Shown here piece by piece: positions 11,020-20,778 of a DNA stretch of 64,000 bases; within the stretch, counting starts at the first letter, position 1; every line of letters starts with the position of its first letter. The notes under the pieces were generated by a model. That model searched no databases and was not told where the DNA came from. It was given only the letters and a program-made list of their open reading frames with translations. The translations under genes and the position numbers were made by a program. Where the stretch lies: NCBI GenBank assembly GCA_041191145.1, contig JBEEPK010000001.1, positions 836-64,835 of the forward strand, in the 5' to 3' direction. This DNA comes from Bacteroidota bacterium (GTDB taxonomy: Bacteria; Bacteroidota; Ignavibacteria; Kapaibacteriales; UBA961).

Positions 11020-11575
11020 ATTGTCCTAACAAACCTTTCTTCAAATCTGAATCTGCGGGGTCTTCACCCAGCCAAATGCCGAATAATCCTTTTTTAAAAT
11101 CAAGTCCGGAAATCACTCCCGCCTTATTTCCATTCTTCAGTACAGTTATACCTTTTCCGGGTTCATATATCATAGAAAAGACATCGCCCTTTTTGATTTT
11201 TTCTTTGAAGAATGACTTGAATTGATCGATTCGAGAGCGAAGCGAAGATATATTCCCATTAGCAGATTTCTCAAATCCTTCTTCAACCGCATCGGACATC
11301 TTATCACTTGTGATCAGAGAAGAAACAATGGTCAATTCCATGGCAATAGATTCATCTGCATTAATGATGGACTGTGCATCTTTTGTCTTTTTTGTAACAT
11401 ATAAAGCACCAACATACATATCCATCCAGAATTTTTCTCTTGTTCCTGCACCGTTCAAAGAAAGAGACTTTCCAGCAAACGTTTTTGTTGATGGAATATT
11501 CACTCCACCAATATTCATGTCGGCATATGCAGACATAACAAAAAGAAAGGAACACAAAACGATGATTGCTCTCAT
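11018..11575 (-). CDS. Chalcone-isomerase-like (Chalcone_3 family) secreted protein
   Basis: A signal peptide MRAIIVLCSFLFVMSAYA is followed by SLSLNGAGTREKFWMDMYVGALYV and a C-terminal GIWLGEDPADSDLKKGLLG, typical of bacterial CHI-like proteins. I chose the start at Met-7 of the ORF. Confidence 0.7.
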   Translation of the reverse strand: MRAIIVLCSFLFVMSAYADMNIGGVNIPSTKTFAGKSLSLNGAGTREKFWMDMYVGALYVTKKTKDAQSIINADESIAMELTIVSSLITSDKMSDAVEEGFEKSANGNISSLRSRIDQFKSFFKEKIKKGDVFSMIYEPGKGITVLKNGNKAGVISGLDFKKGLFGIWLGEDPADSDLKKGLLGQ

Positions 11576-11599
11576 GATTATCTCCCAAATCATAGTTCA

Positions 11600-13879
11600 T
11601 TAAAGAAGATCTTTGCGATGTCTTCCAATAGAAATAAAGAATCCTGTTACCATCAATATAACACCAAGCCAAACAAGATTGATGAGTGGTTTGATGGAAA
11701 CTTCTACTGTAAACACTTCTTTTTTCTTTTGCAATGGTTTTGACATATCCCGGAATGCGATTTCTACTTGAGAAGAAGCAAGATTCCCTTTTTGAGCAAT
11801 GAGTTTTGCAAAAGATATTTGCTGAGTAGTTCCGGGTAAGGTAATTGGTTCCGGAGTAAGCTCCGTTGTTTGCATGTTCATTGCAGCACGGAGTGAGATA
11901 TCTGCGGAGTCTTTTGTTGAATATATTCGAACAATCGCCGATGGATAAATCTTCCCTAAGCTATCAGGACCGGCACTCATACGAGACATATCGAATGCTA
12001 TAAATCGAATAGCCCTTGAGGAATCCGTAGGAAACATCTCTTTTTGGTCTTTGCTTAATGTCAAAGTTGGAATTCCACCTGTCTCTCCTGTAGCTTTTGG
12101 TGAGACATATAGATCGCGTCCAAGAGTCCATGCAATCCCTGGTTCGAGAAATGCAGATTGTCTTTTATTGAAATCACTCCAAAAAAGCATCGGAGCAACT
12201 GATGATATGTTTCCGTCTTTTTCAACTTCAATATGAAAACGATACTTTTCACGATCCACATATTCTTTTTCGATGCGTTCTTTACCTTTGAAAGTCAATA
12301 TATAGCCCAACACTTTTGTTGGAACTCCTTGTACCAATTGTGCATGTTCCATGACCGAATATTTGGAAGTCCATACCACACCAATCAAAAGTAATGCAAC
12401 GCCACTATGCGAGACATATGCACCTGCGGAGCTAAATTTTGCCTGCATGACTTTGATCGCAAGTTCAAGATTGATAACTAATGCAAACCAAGCCGCAAAT
12501 GTGAGAATGACATAAAGTGTATCTGTTACACCCAAAAACATTGATACTATTGTTCCTGCAAGCGTTAAAATCAATGGCAAAATCAATGACCTATAATTCG
12601 CAATAAGAGATTTCCCTTTCCATCTCGCAATAAGCGATATCGCATTCACGAGCATGATGAGAATAACCAATGGCAAATGCGTGGAATTATAGAAAGCAGG
12701 ATCAATAGCAACTTTCGGTTGTTTGATGATCTCTGCAAAGAGGGGCCAACTAGTTCCAATAAAGACGATGATTGCAGAACCCAAAAGCAAAGCAGAACCA
12801 ATGGAAAGTAAAAACTCTCTACTCTGCATTGAAAAAGAAGCAGAAGAAAAGAGAAGATCATTTCTTCGGTGATACATGATTGACAGAGCAATCAATAGAA
12901 ATGTGGACATGAATGCAATAAGCATTACATAAGCAAACATGCCGGGATCTACAAAAGAATGCACGGAAGTATCACCCAATACTCCACTTCTGGTAAGAAA
13001 TGTTGAGTATAGAACCAATATGAATGATAAAGATGCGAGAATGATATTTGTTTTTACAAGACCGCCTGTCTTCTTTTGAATGATCATAGTATGAACCAAA
13101 GCGGCAGAGACAAGCCAAGGAATGAGAGAAGAATTCTCAACAGGATCCCAAGCCCAAAATCCTCCCCAACCCAAAGTTTCATAAGCCCAGAAGCCACCGA
13201 GCATGATACCAAAACCTAAGATTGCCGTTGAATATAATGTCCATGGCAAAGCATGCTTCACCCAATCTTGATAATCCCTTTTCAATAAACCTGCCATTGC
13301 CAATGCAAATGGTGCACTCATGGCTGCAAATCCTGTAAAGAGGATTGGAGGATGAATGGTTATCCATACATTATGCAGAAGTGGATTGAGTCCTTTCCCA
13401 TTTTGCGGTACAAATCCTTCGGCAACGCCATCTTTTGCAAATGTTTCCCATACATAAGCAAATGGATTCTTGATGACCAATAATAGTAATAAGAAAACAA
13501 GAATCAATGAGTAAAAGACCATGATTTCAGATTCCATGCCTTTTCTTCGACCAAAGGCCGAAAGAGCCACACCTAGCACAGCAACCCAAAGTGTCCATAA
13601 CATGAAGCTGCCTTCTTGTCCGGCATAGCCTGCGGCGAACAAATACCAAGCCTGCAATTCTCTAGAAGAATAATTCCAGACATAATGATATTCAAATCGA
13701 TGATTAAAGACGAGCCAAAGAATAGCGAGAAATGATATAACAATTCCAATGGTCGTGAATCTGAACAAGAATCTACCGATGTCTGCCGATCTTTCATTTC
13801 CTTTCAGTGCAAAGGCATAAAAACCCGTGCCGATGAGAGCTGTCGCAAATAAGAGATGAATGAGAATTTGGCCAATCAT
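11600..13879 (-). CDS. ccmF: Cytochrome c-type biogenesis protein CcmF/NrfE family (heme lyase component, System I type)
   Basis: It has the WWD motif AYETLGWGGFWAWDPVENSSLIPWL (compare E. coli CcmF [23 protein letters not shown]), an IHPP motif, and about 15 TM helices. The C-terminal periplasmic domain carries a roughly 100-aa insertion before the final TM helix. Confidence 0.85.
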   Translation of the reverse strand: MIGQILIHLLFATALIGTGFYAFALKGNERSADIGRFLFRFTTIGIVISFLAILWLVFNHRFEYHYVWNYSSRELQAWYLFAAGYAGQEGSFMLWTLWVAVLGVALSAFGRRKGMESEIMVFYSLILVFLLLLLVIKNPFAYVWETFAKDGVAEGFVPQNGKGLNPLLHNVWITIHPPILFTGFAAMSAPFALAMAGLLKRDYQDWVKHALPWTLYSTAILGFGIMLGGFWAYETLGWGGFWAWDPVENSSLIPWLVSAALVHTMIIQKKTGGLVKTNIILASLSFILVLYSTFLTRSGVLGDTSVHSFVDPGMFAYVMLIAFMSTFLLIALSIMYHRRNDLLFSSASFSMQSREFLLSIGSALLLGSAIIVFIGTSWPLFAEIIKQPKVAIDPAFYNSTHLPLVILIMLVNAISLIARWKGKSLIANYRSLILPLILTLAGTIVSMFLGVTDTLYVILTFAAWFALVINLELAIKVMQAKFSSAGAYVSHSGVALLLIGVVWTSKYSVMEHAQLVQGVPTKVLGYILTFKGKERIEKEYVDREKYRFHIEVEKDGNISSVAPMLFWSDFNKRQSAFLEPGIAWTLGRDLYVSPKATGETGGIPTLTLSKDQKEMFPTDSSRAIRFIAFDMSRMSAGPDSLGKIYPSAIVRIYSTKDSADISLRAAMNMQTTELTPEPITLPGTTQQISFAKLIAQKGNLASSQVEIAFRDMSKPLQKKKEVFTVEVSIKPLINLVWLGVILMVTGFFISIGRHRKDLL

Positions 13880-13882
13880 ATA

Positions 13883-15565
13883 TTATGGTTTTGGTTTGGT
13901 CAATGGTGAATCAAGCAATGGTGGTTTTGCTTGTGACTTTTGTTTTTTCTGAACTTCAATTGTTTTGACGAAGAGTGAAGGTGAGCTTGCGGAAACCGGA
14001 ACACCACCTGACTCAGCACCGCAAACTCCATTGAAGATGCCGATATCATGAGAAGCAGCAATGATATTATTGAAGGTCGTAAGAGGAGTACCAATCAAAT
14101 CAACGCCACGAACAAGCTCATCTGGTCTTCCATCTGCATAGATTTTGTACACTACGAGTGGTTGAACATTGAAAGCATTGGGAATAGTTCTTGCCGTAAA
14201 TGTAAAGCCACCCGAAATTTCAACAAAGTACAATCCATATTCTTTGTTTTGCTTTAAGCACTCTTCACGCAGTAATGTTCTCAAAGAATCAAATGCAACA
14301 GTTTGTGAAGCTTGTACCAACAAATTTGATTGTCTAGAAACGGGTCGCAATCCAGGTTGTCTTCTGCCATGTCCATTCGAAACCGGAAACGATTCAATTG
14401 GTGAGCGATTCATGAGAAAGTTCTTGAAGATACCTTTTTCAACTGCAATCACTTTTTCTGCCTTGACACCTTCATCATCGTATTTATAATGACCAACAAT
14501 ATCTTGACCATTCAATGTTTTCAGACCCGGATCAAACACAACATCAATAAAATCAGGTAGGATTTTTTTGTTCAGGAATGATTTGAATGTCTGTGATGAA
14601 TTTGGATCTTTTTGACGGTGACCTTCAACACGGTGTCCGAATATTTCATGAAAAAACACACCTGATGCAGGCCCTGATAGAATAGCTGGACCGGAATATG
14701 TTTCAGCCAATGGTGCAAGTCTCAAAAGTCCCATCGTTTTAATCATGGATTGAATATCACTTGCTACTTTTTCCTCAGTAGGTAAATTTTCAGGTAAGAA
14801 TCCAAAATAACTTGAGAACAGAGGTAACGTCATGCCATCATCGGCTTTTGTTGATGCAGATGCAAACATGCGAACATTGGGTTCACTTTGCTGAATGAGA
14901 CTTCCTTCTGAACTCACAAAATATTTTGTGATGATATCTGCTTGAAAATAGACTTCACCTGTATATATCTTGGGGTCTTCCGAAAACAATGCAGAAAGTC
15001 TTTTAATCCTTTCTTGCCATTGCATTGAATCTATGGAAAAAGTTTGTTCATCCTCAACATATCGCACGATTTGTTGTCTGGAAAAATCGGCTGAACTATC
15101 TTCTTCTTTAACTTTGACAGCCCGATTGGTAAGAACCTTTCCATATCTCTCAACTGCTTTTTTATACAGTTTATCTGTAGCATTCCATATGACTGCACGA
15201 ATCGCTTTTTCATCATCAGACATTGGAAGTTCAATTCCTTTTCCTCCACCACCGAATTCAAATCTAGAACCACGGATGGTATGCGTATTGTCCAATTCAT
15301 AGTTCCCAACTCGAATATCAATGTCAAGTATTCGAGATGCAACATTCTCTGTGTATTTCAATTTGCCAAATGATGCAGACATCCGAATTGTCTTTGTTTC
15401 AGTTACCGCATAAGAAAGAAAATATGGTGGATTGCTTTGCTTAGATAATCCTTCCATCGTTCTCTGCATCTCATTCTTCATAGCGATGAGAATAGGAAGC
15501 TCAGAACCTCTAGTTACTACAAGTGAACCAAACAGTACTAGGAAATATGCCAACAATGTTCTCAT
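13883..15565 (-). CDS. Secreted TldD/PmbA-family (peptidase U62) metalloprotease
   Basis: A signal peptide MRTLLAYFLVLFGSLVV is followed by the TldD-type metal-binding motif HEIFGHRVEGH and a C-terminal GHGRRQ region. There is a 3-nt gap to ccmF. Confidence 0.85.
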   Translation of the reverse strand: MRTLLAYFLVLFGSLVVTRGSELPILIAMKNEMQRTMEGLSKQSNPPYFLSYAVTETKTIRMSASFGKLKYTENVASRILDIDIRVGNYELDNTHTIRGSRFEFGGGGKGIELPMSDDEKAIRAVIWNATDKLYKKAVERYGKVLTNRAVKVKEEDSSADFSRQQIVRYVEDEQTFSIDSMQWQERIKRLSALFSEDPKIYTGEVYFQADIITKYFVSSEGSLIQQSEPNVRMFASASTKADDGMTLPLFSSYFGFLPENLPTEEKVASDIQSMIKTMGLLRLAPLAETYSGPAILSGPASGVFFHEIFGHRVEGHRQKDPNSSQTFKSFLNKKILPDFIDVVFDPGLKTLNGQDIVGHYKYDDEGVKAEKVIAVEKGIFKNFLMNRSPIESFPVSNGHGRRQPGLRPVSRQSNLLVQASQTVAFDSLRTLLREECLKQNKEYGLYFVEISGGFTFTARTIPNAFNVQPLVVYKIYADGRPDELVRGVDLIGTPLTTFNNIIAASHDIGIFNGVCGAESGGVPVSASSPSLFVKTIEVQKKQKSQAKPPLLDSPLTKPKP

Positions 15566-15576
15566 GGTATGCCTGA

Positions 15577-16275
15577 TTAAAAATCACTTGCTAATGTGGT
15601 AATGATCACCGCAACATCGATTGGTGCTTTAAGATTTGCCTTTTCGAATATAAACCGTGATTCAGGTGCACCTGCAATTGCAAGTTTGGAACGAATCTCC
15701 TCCACTCTGAGATCATACAATGTTTGCGTAGGTGTACTACCAGCACCTTTTTTACTCTTTGTTTTCTTTTCAGCTTTTGCTTTTTTTCCGGTAGTTTTAC
15801 CTTCCGAGACCAAAACTTTGATCTTCAGATGAGGCATTTTTTTTAACATTTCCGGTATCATTGAAAAGAGAGGCGAAGGCATTGCATTTGACTGTCCGGC
15901 CGGAAAAAGAGGAAACTGTTGAATTGTGTCCCCTTTTGCAAATGTTCTCAGTTGAAATTCTTGCGATATTTCTTGATATGAAGTTCCATCAGGAACTTTG
16001 AAATCTTGTTTGGCCATGAATAAGTCATTTCTTTCAAATGACATGGAATAGTATCTTCCGGGCTTTAATGTCATGGTAAATTCACCGCTTGCAGTTGTCT
16101 TGGATTTACCGGAAACTTCATCGCCATCTTTTGCGATAACTTGCACACCTTGTAAAGCTTTCTTTTGACCATCCACTACTTTCCCTTTGATAAGGAAGGT
16201 CACACCCTGTGCTGAGATTTGATCAGCTAGAAAAAAAGGACAGATCAGTAGCATGGCTTTGATCAACATTTTCAA
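15577..16275 (-). CDS. Hypothetical secreted protein with N-terminal carboxypeptidase-regulatory-like beta-sandwich and a Lys-rich linker
   Basis: A signal-like N-terminus is followed by VTFLIKGKVVDGQKKALQGVQVIAKDGDEVSGKSKTTASGEFTMTL (CarbopepD_reg-like) and then GKKAKAEKKTKSKKGAG. The start is ambiguous, somewhere between 16275 and 16317. Confidence 0.5.
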   Translation of the reverse strand: MKMLIKAMLLICPFFLADQISAQGVTFLIKGKVVDGQKKALQGVQVIAKDGDEVSGKSKTTASGEFTMTLKPGRYYSMSFERNDLFMAKQDFKVPDGTSYQEISQEFQLRTFAKGDTIQQFPLFPAGQSNAMPSPLFSMIPEMLKKMPHLKIKVLVSEGKTTGKKAKAEKKTKSKKGAGSTPTQTLYDLRVEEIRSKLAIAGAPESRFIFEKANLKAPIDVAVIITTLASDF

Positions 16276-16307
16276 CATTGCTTTCGCTCCCAAAAAAAAC
16301 ATATTGA

Positions 16308-16898
16308 TTAAACACAATGAACAATGATTTCAGTTTCAATGCACAGTCCTTTGTCTTTAGCATAGAAACCATGTAATGACTTATATATTTCTTGCTTTTC
16401 GGTATTCTGCGCACGGAGTTCATCAAACAATTCCTGCGCTTTACTTGGCCTTGGTCCCCATTGCCATTTTTCATTGCCAAATATGTCACAAGCAATCAGT
16501 TTTGGGATGCTCATTGAGCCATTTGTAAGAAATTGTTCCAATAATTCCGGATACTCATCTCTTGACACAATTCGCAATTCGATCCGATGTTCAGATGCTT
16601 GAGCTAGAGCGGCAATGATAGGAAGAGACTGCGCCGAATCACCACACCAACCTTCAGTAATGACAATCCAAGTTTGATTTGATTTCATTGTTTGCAATGC
16701 TTTCAAAGCATGCTCAGAGGGTTGATATACTTTTTCAACTCTAGTGCTTCTTGCCCAGTTCAATTCATAATACGCAAACATTTCTTTCTCTTTTTCTGTC
16801 ATGTCTTCTGTCGGAGCATGTGCTTTCAATGAAAATGCTTCCTTGTATGATGCATAGTCAATAGAATGTTTTACATATTCAAAAGCTGGACTAGTCAT
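16308..16898 (-). CDS. Thioredoxin-fold family protein
   Basis: This 196-aa protein has WIVITEGWCGDSAQSLP, a thioredoxin-like fold with a single Cys motif. No closer assignment is possible from sequence alone. Confidence 0.55.
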   Translation of the reverse strand: MTSPAFEYVKHSIDYASYKEAFSLKAHAPTEDMTEKEKEMFAYYELNWARSTRVEKVYQPSEHALKALQTMKSNQTWIVITEGWCGDSAQSLPIIAALAQASEHRIELRIVSRDEYPELLEQFLTNGSMSIPKLIACDIFGNEKWQWGPRPSKAQELFDELRAQNTEKQEIYKSLHGFYAKDKGLCIETEIIVHCV

Positions 16899-16989
16899 AA
16901 TATGGTTGTGACAATTGTATTTAAATGAGATTACAAACAGTACAAATTGAACTGTTCAAACTTTCATACATACTTTGGAATCATATTCA

Positions 16990-17925
16990 TCATGTAGGTT
17001 CGATTGAACTTTCTTTTTTGGGAAAAACCAAAGAAAGAATCACGGATGCTGCCAGTATGATGAGAACAAAGAGAAGGGCGAAATGTATGGGCACATGATA
17101 GATACCACTGATCATCATTTTCACACCTATAAAACTCAAAATGATTGCGAGACCATAATTGAGATAGTGGAATAATCCAACAACTCCAGCCAATGCGAAA
17201 TACAATGATCGCAAACCAAGAATTGCAAAAATATTAGATGTATAAACAATGAAAGGATCAGGAGAAACAGCCAATACCGCCGGTATGGAATCCAAAGCAA
17301 ATACTAAATCTGTTGTCTCAACGAGGGCTAATACAAGGAAGAGTGGAGTAGCAAAGACATACCCCATTTTTCTTACAAAAAACTTATCCTCGTGATAATG
17401 CTTCGAAACACCAAAAAATCTACGAACCAATTTCAATGTCCATGACGATTCAGGTTTAAACTCTACATCATCTTTGGAGAAAAATAATTTGAAGCCGGTG
17501 AATACAAGGAAAGCACCAAGAATATAAATGATGAATTTGAACTTCGCCAGAATTGCCACACCGACAATTATAAACAAAGCACGCATCACCAAAGCACCGA
17601 GAACACCCCAGAACAAGACTTTATGTTGATATTTGTCCGGGACTTTGAAATAACTAAATATCGTAAGGAAAATAAAAAGATTGTCAACACTCAATGATTT
17701 CTCAATGATATATGCTGTGAGGAACTCTGTAGCTTGCACAGTAGAGCGAAGGAAAAATATACCAACTGCGAAAAGACCTGCAAGGGCAATCCAAAAAGCA
17801 CTCCACCATAAAGCTTCTTTAACAGAGACTGCATGTGCTTTCTTATGAAAAACACCAATATCTAATGCTAGCATTATGAGAATGAAGATGTGGAAACCTA
17901 TCCACAGGTATTGTTCATTGGACAT
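16990..17925 (-). CDS. TerC family integral membrane protein
   Basis: A polytopic membrane protein carrying the TerC signature IIEKSLSVDNLFIFLTIF plus a second DxxxA-type repeat. Confidence 0.9.
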   Translation of the reverse strand: MSNEQYLWIGFHIFILIMLALDIGVFHKKAHAVSVKEALWWSAFWIALAGLFAVGIFFLRSTVQATEFLTAYIIEKSLSVDNLFIFLTIFSYFKVPDKYQHKVLFWGVLGALVMRALFIIVGVAILAKFKFIIYILGAFLVFTGFKLFFSKDDVEFKPESSWTLKLVRRFFGVSKHYHEDKFFVRKMGYVFATPLFLVLALVETTDLVFALDSIPAVLAVSPDPFIVYTSNIFAILGLRSLYFALAGVVGLFHYLNYGLAIILSFIGVKMMISGIYHVPIHFALLFVLIILAASVILSLVFPKKESSIEPT

Positions 17926-17985
17926 AGTGTTTTCTACACAAAGAAATATAGGTCAAATTGATGAACACAATGAATTGAGTGGTGA

Positions 17986-19275
17986 TCATCCTTGCAATCC
18001 TTTGACCTCGCCTCTCAGTATTGAGAGAAGAACCTCCGCAAAATAATCAATTTCACTGTCCGAAATGTAAATGTTCGGCGTAATTCTTATCCCATCTATA
18101 TTAGCATACTTAATGGGAGTGGTAATTATTCTATGTGTATTGAATAGGTATTCCCCAATTTTGGCATGATCAAAGCCTTCGATTCTAAAAACCATCAATC
18201 CACACCATTGAGTTGAATCTTTGATATTAGACATAAAGCTCACTCTGGGATCATCCTTGATTCTGTTTATCCAACGCAATTGCATTTCTCTCAATCTGGA
18301 AGCTTTTCTTTCAAGCCCAACTCTTTCATTGAATGCTATTGCTTCAGTCACTGCATTATGCAAAGAGGCAGGATGAGTGCCTATCTCTTCAAACTTCTTT
18401 ATTGAATCATTCATTTCCGGTCCTGCCGCCATGAGTGGCCAAATCGATGAAATTTTGTCCTTGGCCACATAGAGCATTCCATTTCCAACCGGTGCATAAA
18501 GCCATTTATGCAATGATGTCCCGAAATAGTCACATTGGAGATCTTCTTGAGTAAATGGAAAGTGAGCAAATGAATGCGCTCCGTCAACTATACATTCAAT
18601 GCCCTTTTCCTTGGCAAGCATGCAAATTTCTTTCACAGGATAGATTTGACCTGAACAAAATGCAACATGCGACACATGAATGACTTTTGTCTTTTTATTG
18701 ATTGCCTGCTTAAAAGCATTCACTATATCCATGGGATCCATGACAGGAACAGAAATTGGTATTTTTTTAATTATTATGCCATCTCTTCTAGATCTTTGTT
18801 CCCAAGCGGTTAACATCCTTGGATAATCATGTTCGGTGGTGAGTACTTCGTCTCCCTTTTGCAAAGTCAAACCCATTTGGATATGATGAAGACTTTCACT
18901 TGCATTTCTCGTAATGGCTATTTCTTCGTTAGAAACGCCAAATACTTGAGCAATTCCTTGCCTAACTCTCTCCAAACCTGGTTCTTGTTGTTGCCAAATA
19001 TTTCTTGCAGGGGCTTGATTTGCATAGTCCAAACCGGTATGCAATGCTTGCATCACTGATCTTGGGCTAGGACTTACTCCTCCATTATTCAAATTGATCA
19101 TTGTTCTATCCATCGGAAATTCGGTTCTGATGGATTGCCATAAGTCATTGTCATTCAATGGTTTGTGCTTTTCATTCTCAGCACTTTGAAGAACTGTGAA
19201 TGCTTGAATTGGTGTTGCCAGCATCAGACCTGCTTTCAGAAGCAATCTTCGATCAATTTGAGAAGGAAGTTTCAT
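17986..19275 (-). CDS. Tat-exported class V aminotransferase-fold PLP-dependent enzyme (cysteine desulfurase / isopenicillin-N-epimerase-like)
   Basis: It has the twin-arginine motif SQIDRRLLLKAGLMLATP, the PLP-lysine context GTSLHKWLYAPVG, and the class V fold throughout. I placed the start at Met-21 of the ORF. Confidence 0.8.
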   Translation of the reverse strand: MKLPSQIDRRLLLKAGLMLATPIQAFTVLQSAENEKHKPLNDNDLWQSIRTEFPMDRTMINLNNGGVSPSPRSVMQALHTGLDYANQAPARNIWQQQEPGLERVRQGIAQVFGVSNEEIAITRNASESLHHIQMGLTLQKGDEVLTTEHDYPRMLTAWEQRSRRDGIIIKKIPISVPVMDPMDIVNAFKQAINKKTKVIHVSHVAFCSGQIYPVKEICMLAKEKGIECIVDGAHSFAHFPFTQEDLQCDYFGTSLHKWLYAPVGNGMLYVAKDKISSIWPLMAAGPEMNDSIKKFEEIGTHPASLHNAVTEAIAFNERVGLERKASRLREMQLRWINRIKDDPRVSFMSNIKDSTQWCGLMVFRIEGFDHAKIGEYLFNTHRIITTPIKYANIDGIRITPNIYISDSEIDYFAEVLLSILRGEVKGLQG

Positions 19276-19533
19276 AATTCTCACCGGAAGTTTATGGCGG
19301 AATTTATGAAAAAAAGATTGAACATACATCCTCAAAAGCTTACAAGGAATTCATTGCTTATTCAACATGAAATGGAAAAAGCCATGAAATTCCACTTCTA
19401 CTGGCAATTTGTAGTGTGGAAAACTCTTAATTTTTGTATTTTTAGGACCATGGTAATATATATTCTTTATAAAACAAACCTTGGATTAAGCCTTTATTTT
19501 CAATTGATTTTGTACAAATCATAGTTTGAGATC

Positions 19534-20655
19534 ATGATGAAACGCAGATCATTTCTTCACTCGGTTGGAACAGGTTTTTCAGTACTTGGCTTTGCATCGA
19601 TTCAAGCAAAAGCAAATACTGGAAACGGAGAATTTGTGAATACAACAGAGTCCGTGCTTTCCAATAATATGAACAAGCACTCTGATTTTGTTTCATTGCT
19701 TCCTTCCGCATTGAAAAAGGGATCTACAATCGGAATTACCGCTCCCGCAAGTGGCGTTGATAATGCAGAGATTCAAGAAGGCATTGCTTTGTTGAAGGCA
19801 AGTGGTTATTCAATTGTATTGGGCAATACATTAACAAGAAAATTTGGTTATCTCTCTGCACCTGACTCAGAAAGGGCTGCAGAGTTCATGGAATTTGTAG
19901 AAAGGCCTGACATAGATTGCATTCTTTGTGCAAGAGGTGGATATGGCGTGATGAGAATTCTTCCAATGTTGGATTTTGGCGTTATTCGGGCCAATCCTAA
20001 GATTATCATTGGTTATAGCGATATCACTGCTTTGCTTGTTGCAATCACCAAACTTAGCAATGTGATTACATATCATGGACCTGTTGCATCTTCTACCTTT
20101 GACTCTTTCACTGTTGATTATTTCAAGAAAACTCTTTGTAAACCAATTGCGAATGAGATAATTACGGAACCGATTTTATCTGAATACACTCCAATATCCT
20201 TCAGTGATTCAAGAATGACTACATTATCCAAGGGTATTGCAAAAGGCAGATTAACAGGTGGCAATTTGTCTATGATAGTTGCAACACTTGGTACTCCTTA
20301 TGAAATCGACACAAAGGATTCCTTATTATTTCTTGAAGACATAGCGGAAGAACCATATAGGATAGACAGAATGCTCACGCAGTTATGGCTTGCCGGTAAG
20401 CTTCAACAATGTGCAGGTATCATTCTTGGTCAGTTTAAGAATTGTGAAGCAAAGAAGGTACCGGGTTTTGAAGTATCATTCTCTTTGCAAGAAGTTTTGG
20501 AATCTCGAATTACTTCGTTAGGTATACCCGCTGTTTATGGTCTTCCTATTGGGCATGTCAAGAGTAAAATGACAATTCCATTAGGTGTAATGGCCGAATT
20601 GGATGCCGGGAATAAAACATTTTCTATAATGGAAAGACCTGTCTCTGTTTCTTGA
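19534..20655 (+). CDS. Tat-exported LD-carboxypeptidase (peptidase S66, LdcA/MccF-like)
   Basis: It has the twin-arginine signal MMKRRSFLHSVGTGFSVLGFASIQA, the S66 nucleophile motif IIGYSDITALL, and the GGNLS and KSKMTIPLG regions. Confidence 0.85.
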   Translation: MMKRRSFLHSVGTGFSVLGFASIQAKANTGNGEFVNTTESVLSNNMNKHSDFVSLLPSALKKGSTIGITAPASGVDNAEIQEGIALLKASGYSIVLGNTLTRKFGYLSAPDSERAAEFMEFVERPDIDCILCARGGYGVMRILPMLDFGVIRANPKIIIGYSDITALLVAITKLSNVITYHGPVASSTFDSFTVDYFKKTLCKPIANEIITEPILSEYTPISFSDSRMTTLSKGIAKGRLTGGNLSMIVATLGTPYEIDTKDSLLFLEDIAEEPYRIDRMLTQLWLAGKLQQCAGIILGQFKNCEAKKVPGFEVSFSLQEVLESRITSLGIPAVYGLPIGHVKSKMTIPLGVMAELDAGNKTFSIMERPVSVS

Positions 20656-20778
20656 TTGGAATAGTGACTTTTTATTCTTTTCATTGTCTTTATTTTATCA
20701 AATCCGTGAAAATGCAGCATTTCACGAGTTGTTTACATTGATTTAAACTTTATTTCATAATCGATTGGAGAATCTTCG

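Noticed and set aside
17926-17985. Possible yybP-ykoY (Mn) riboswitch in front of the TerC-family gene
   Set aside because: Only about 60 nt separate the TerC start from the upstream gene's stop. That is too short for the riboswitch aptamer, and I could not see its conserved helices.
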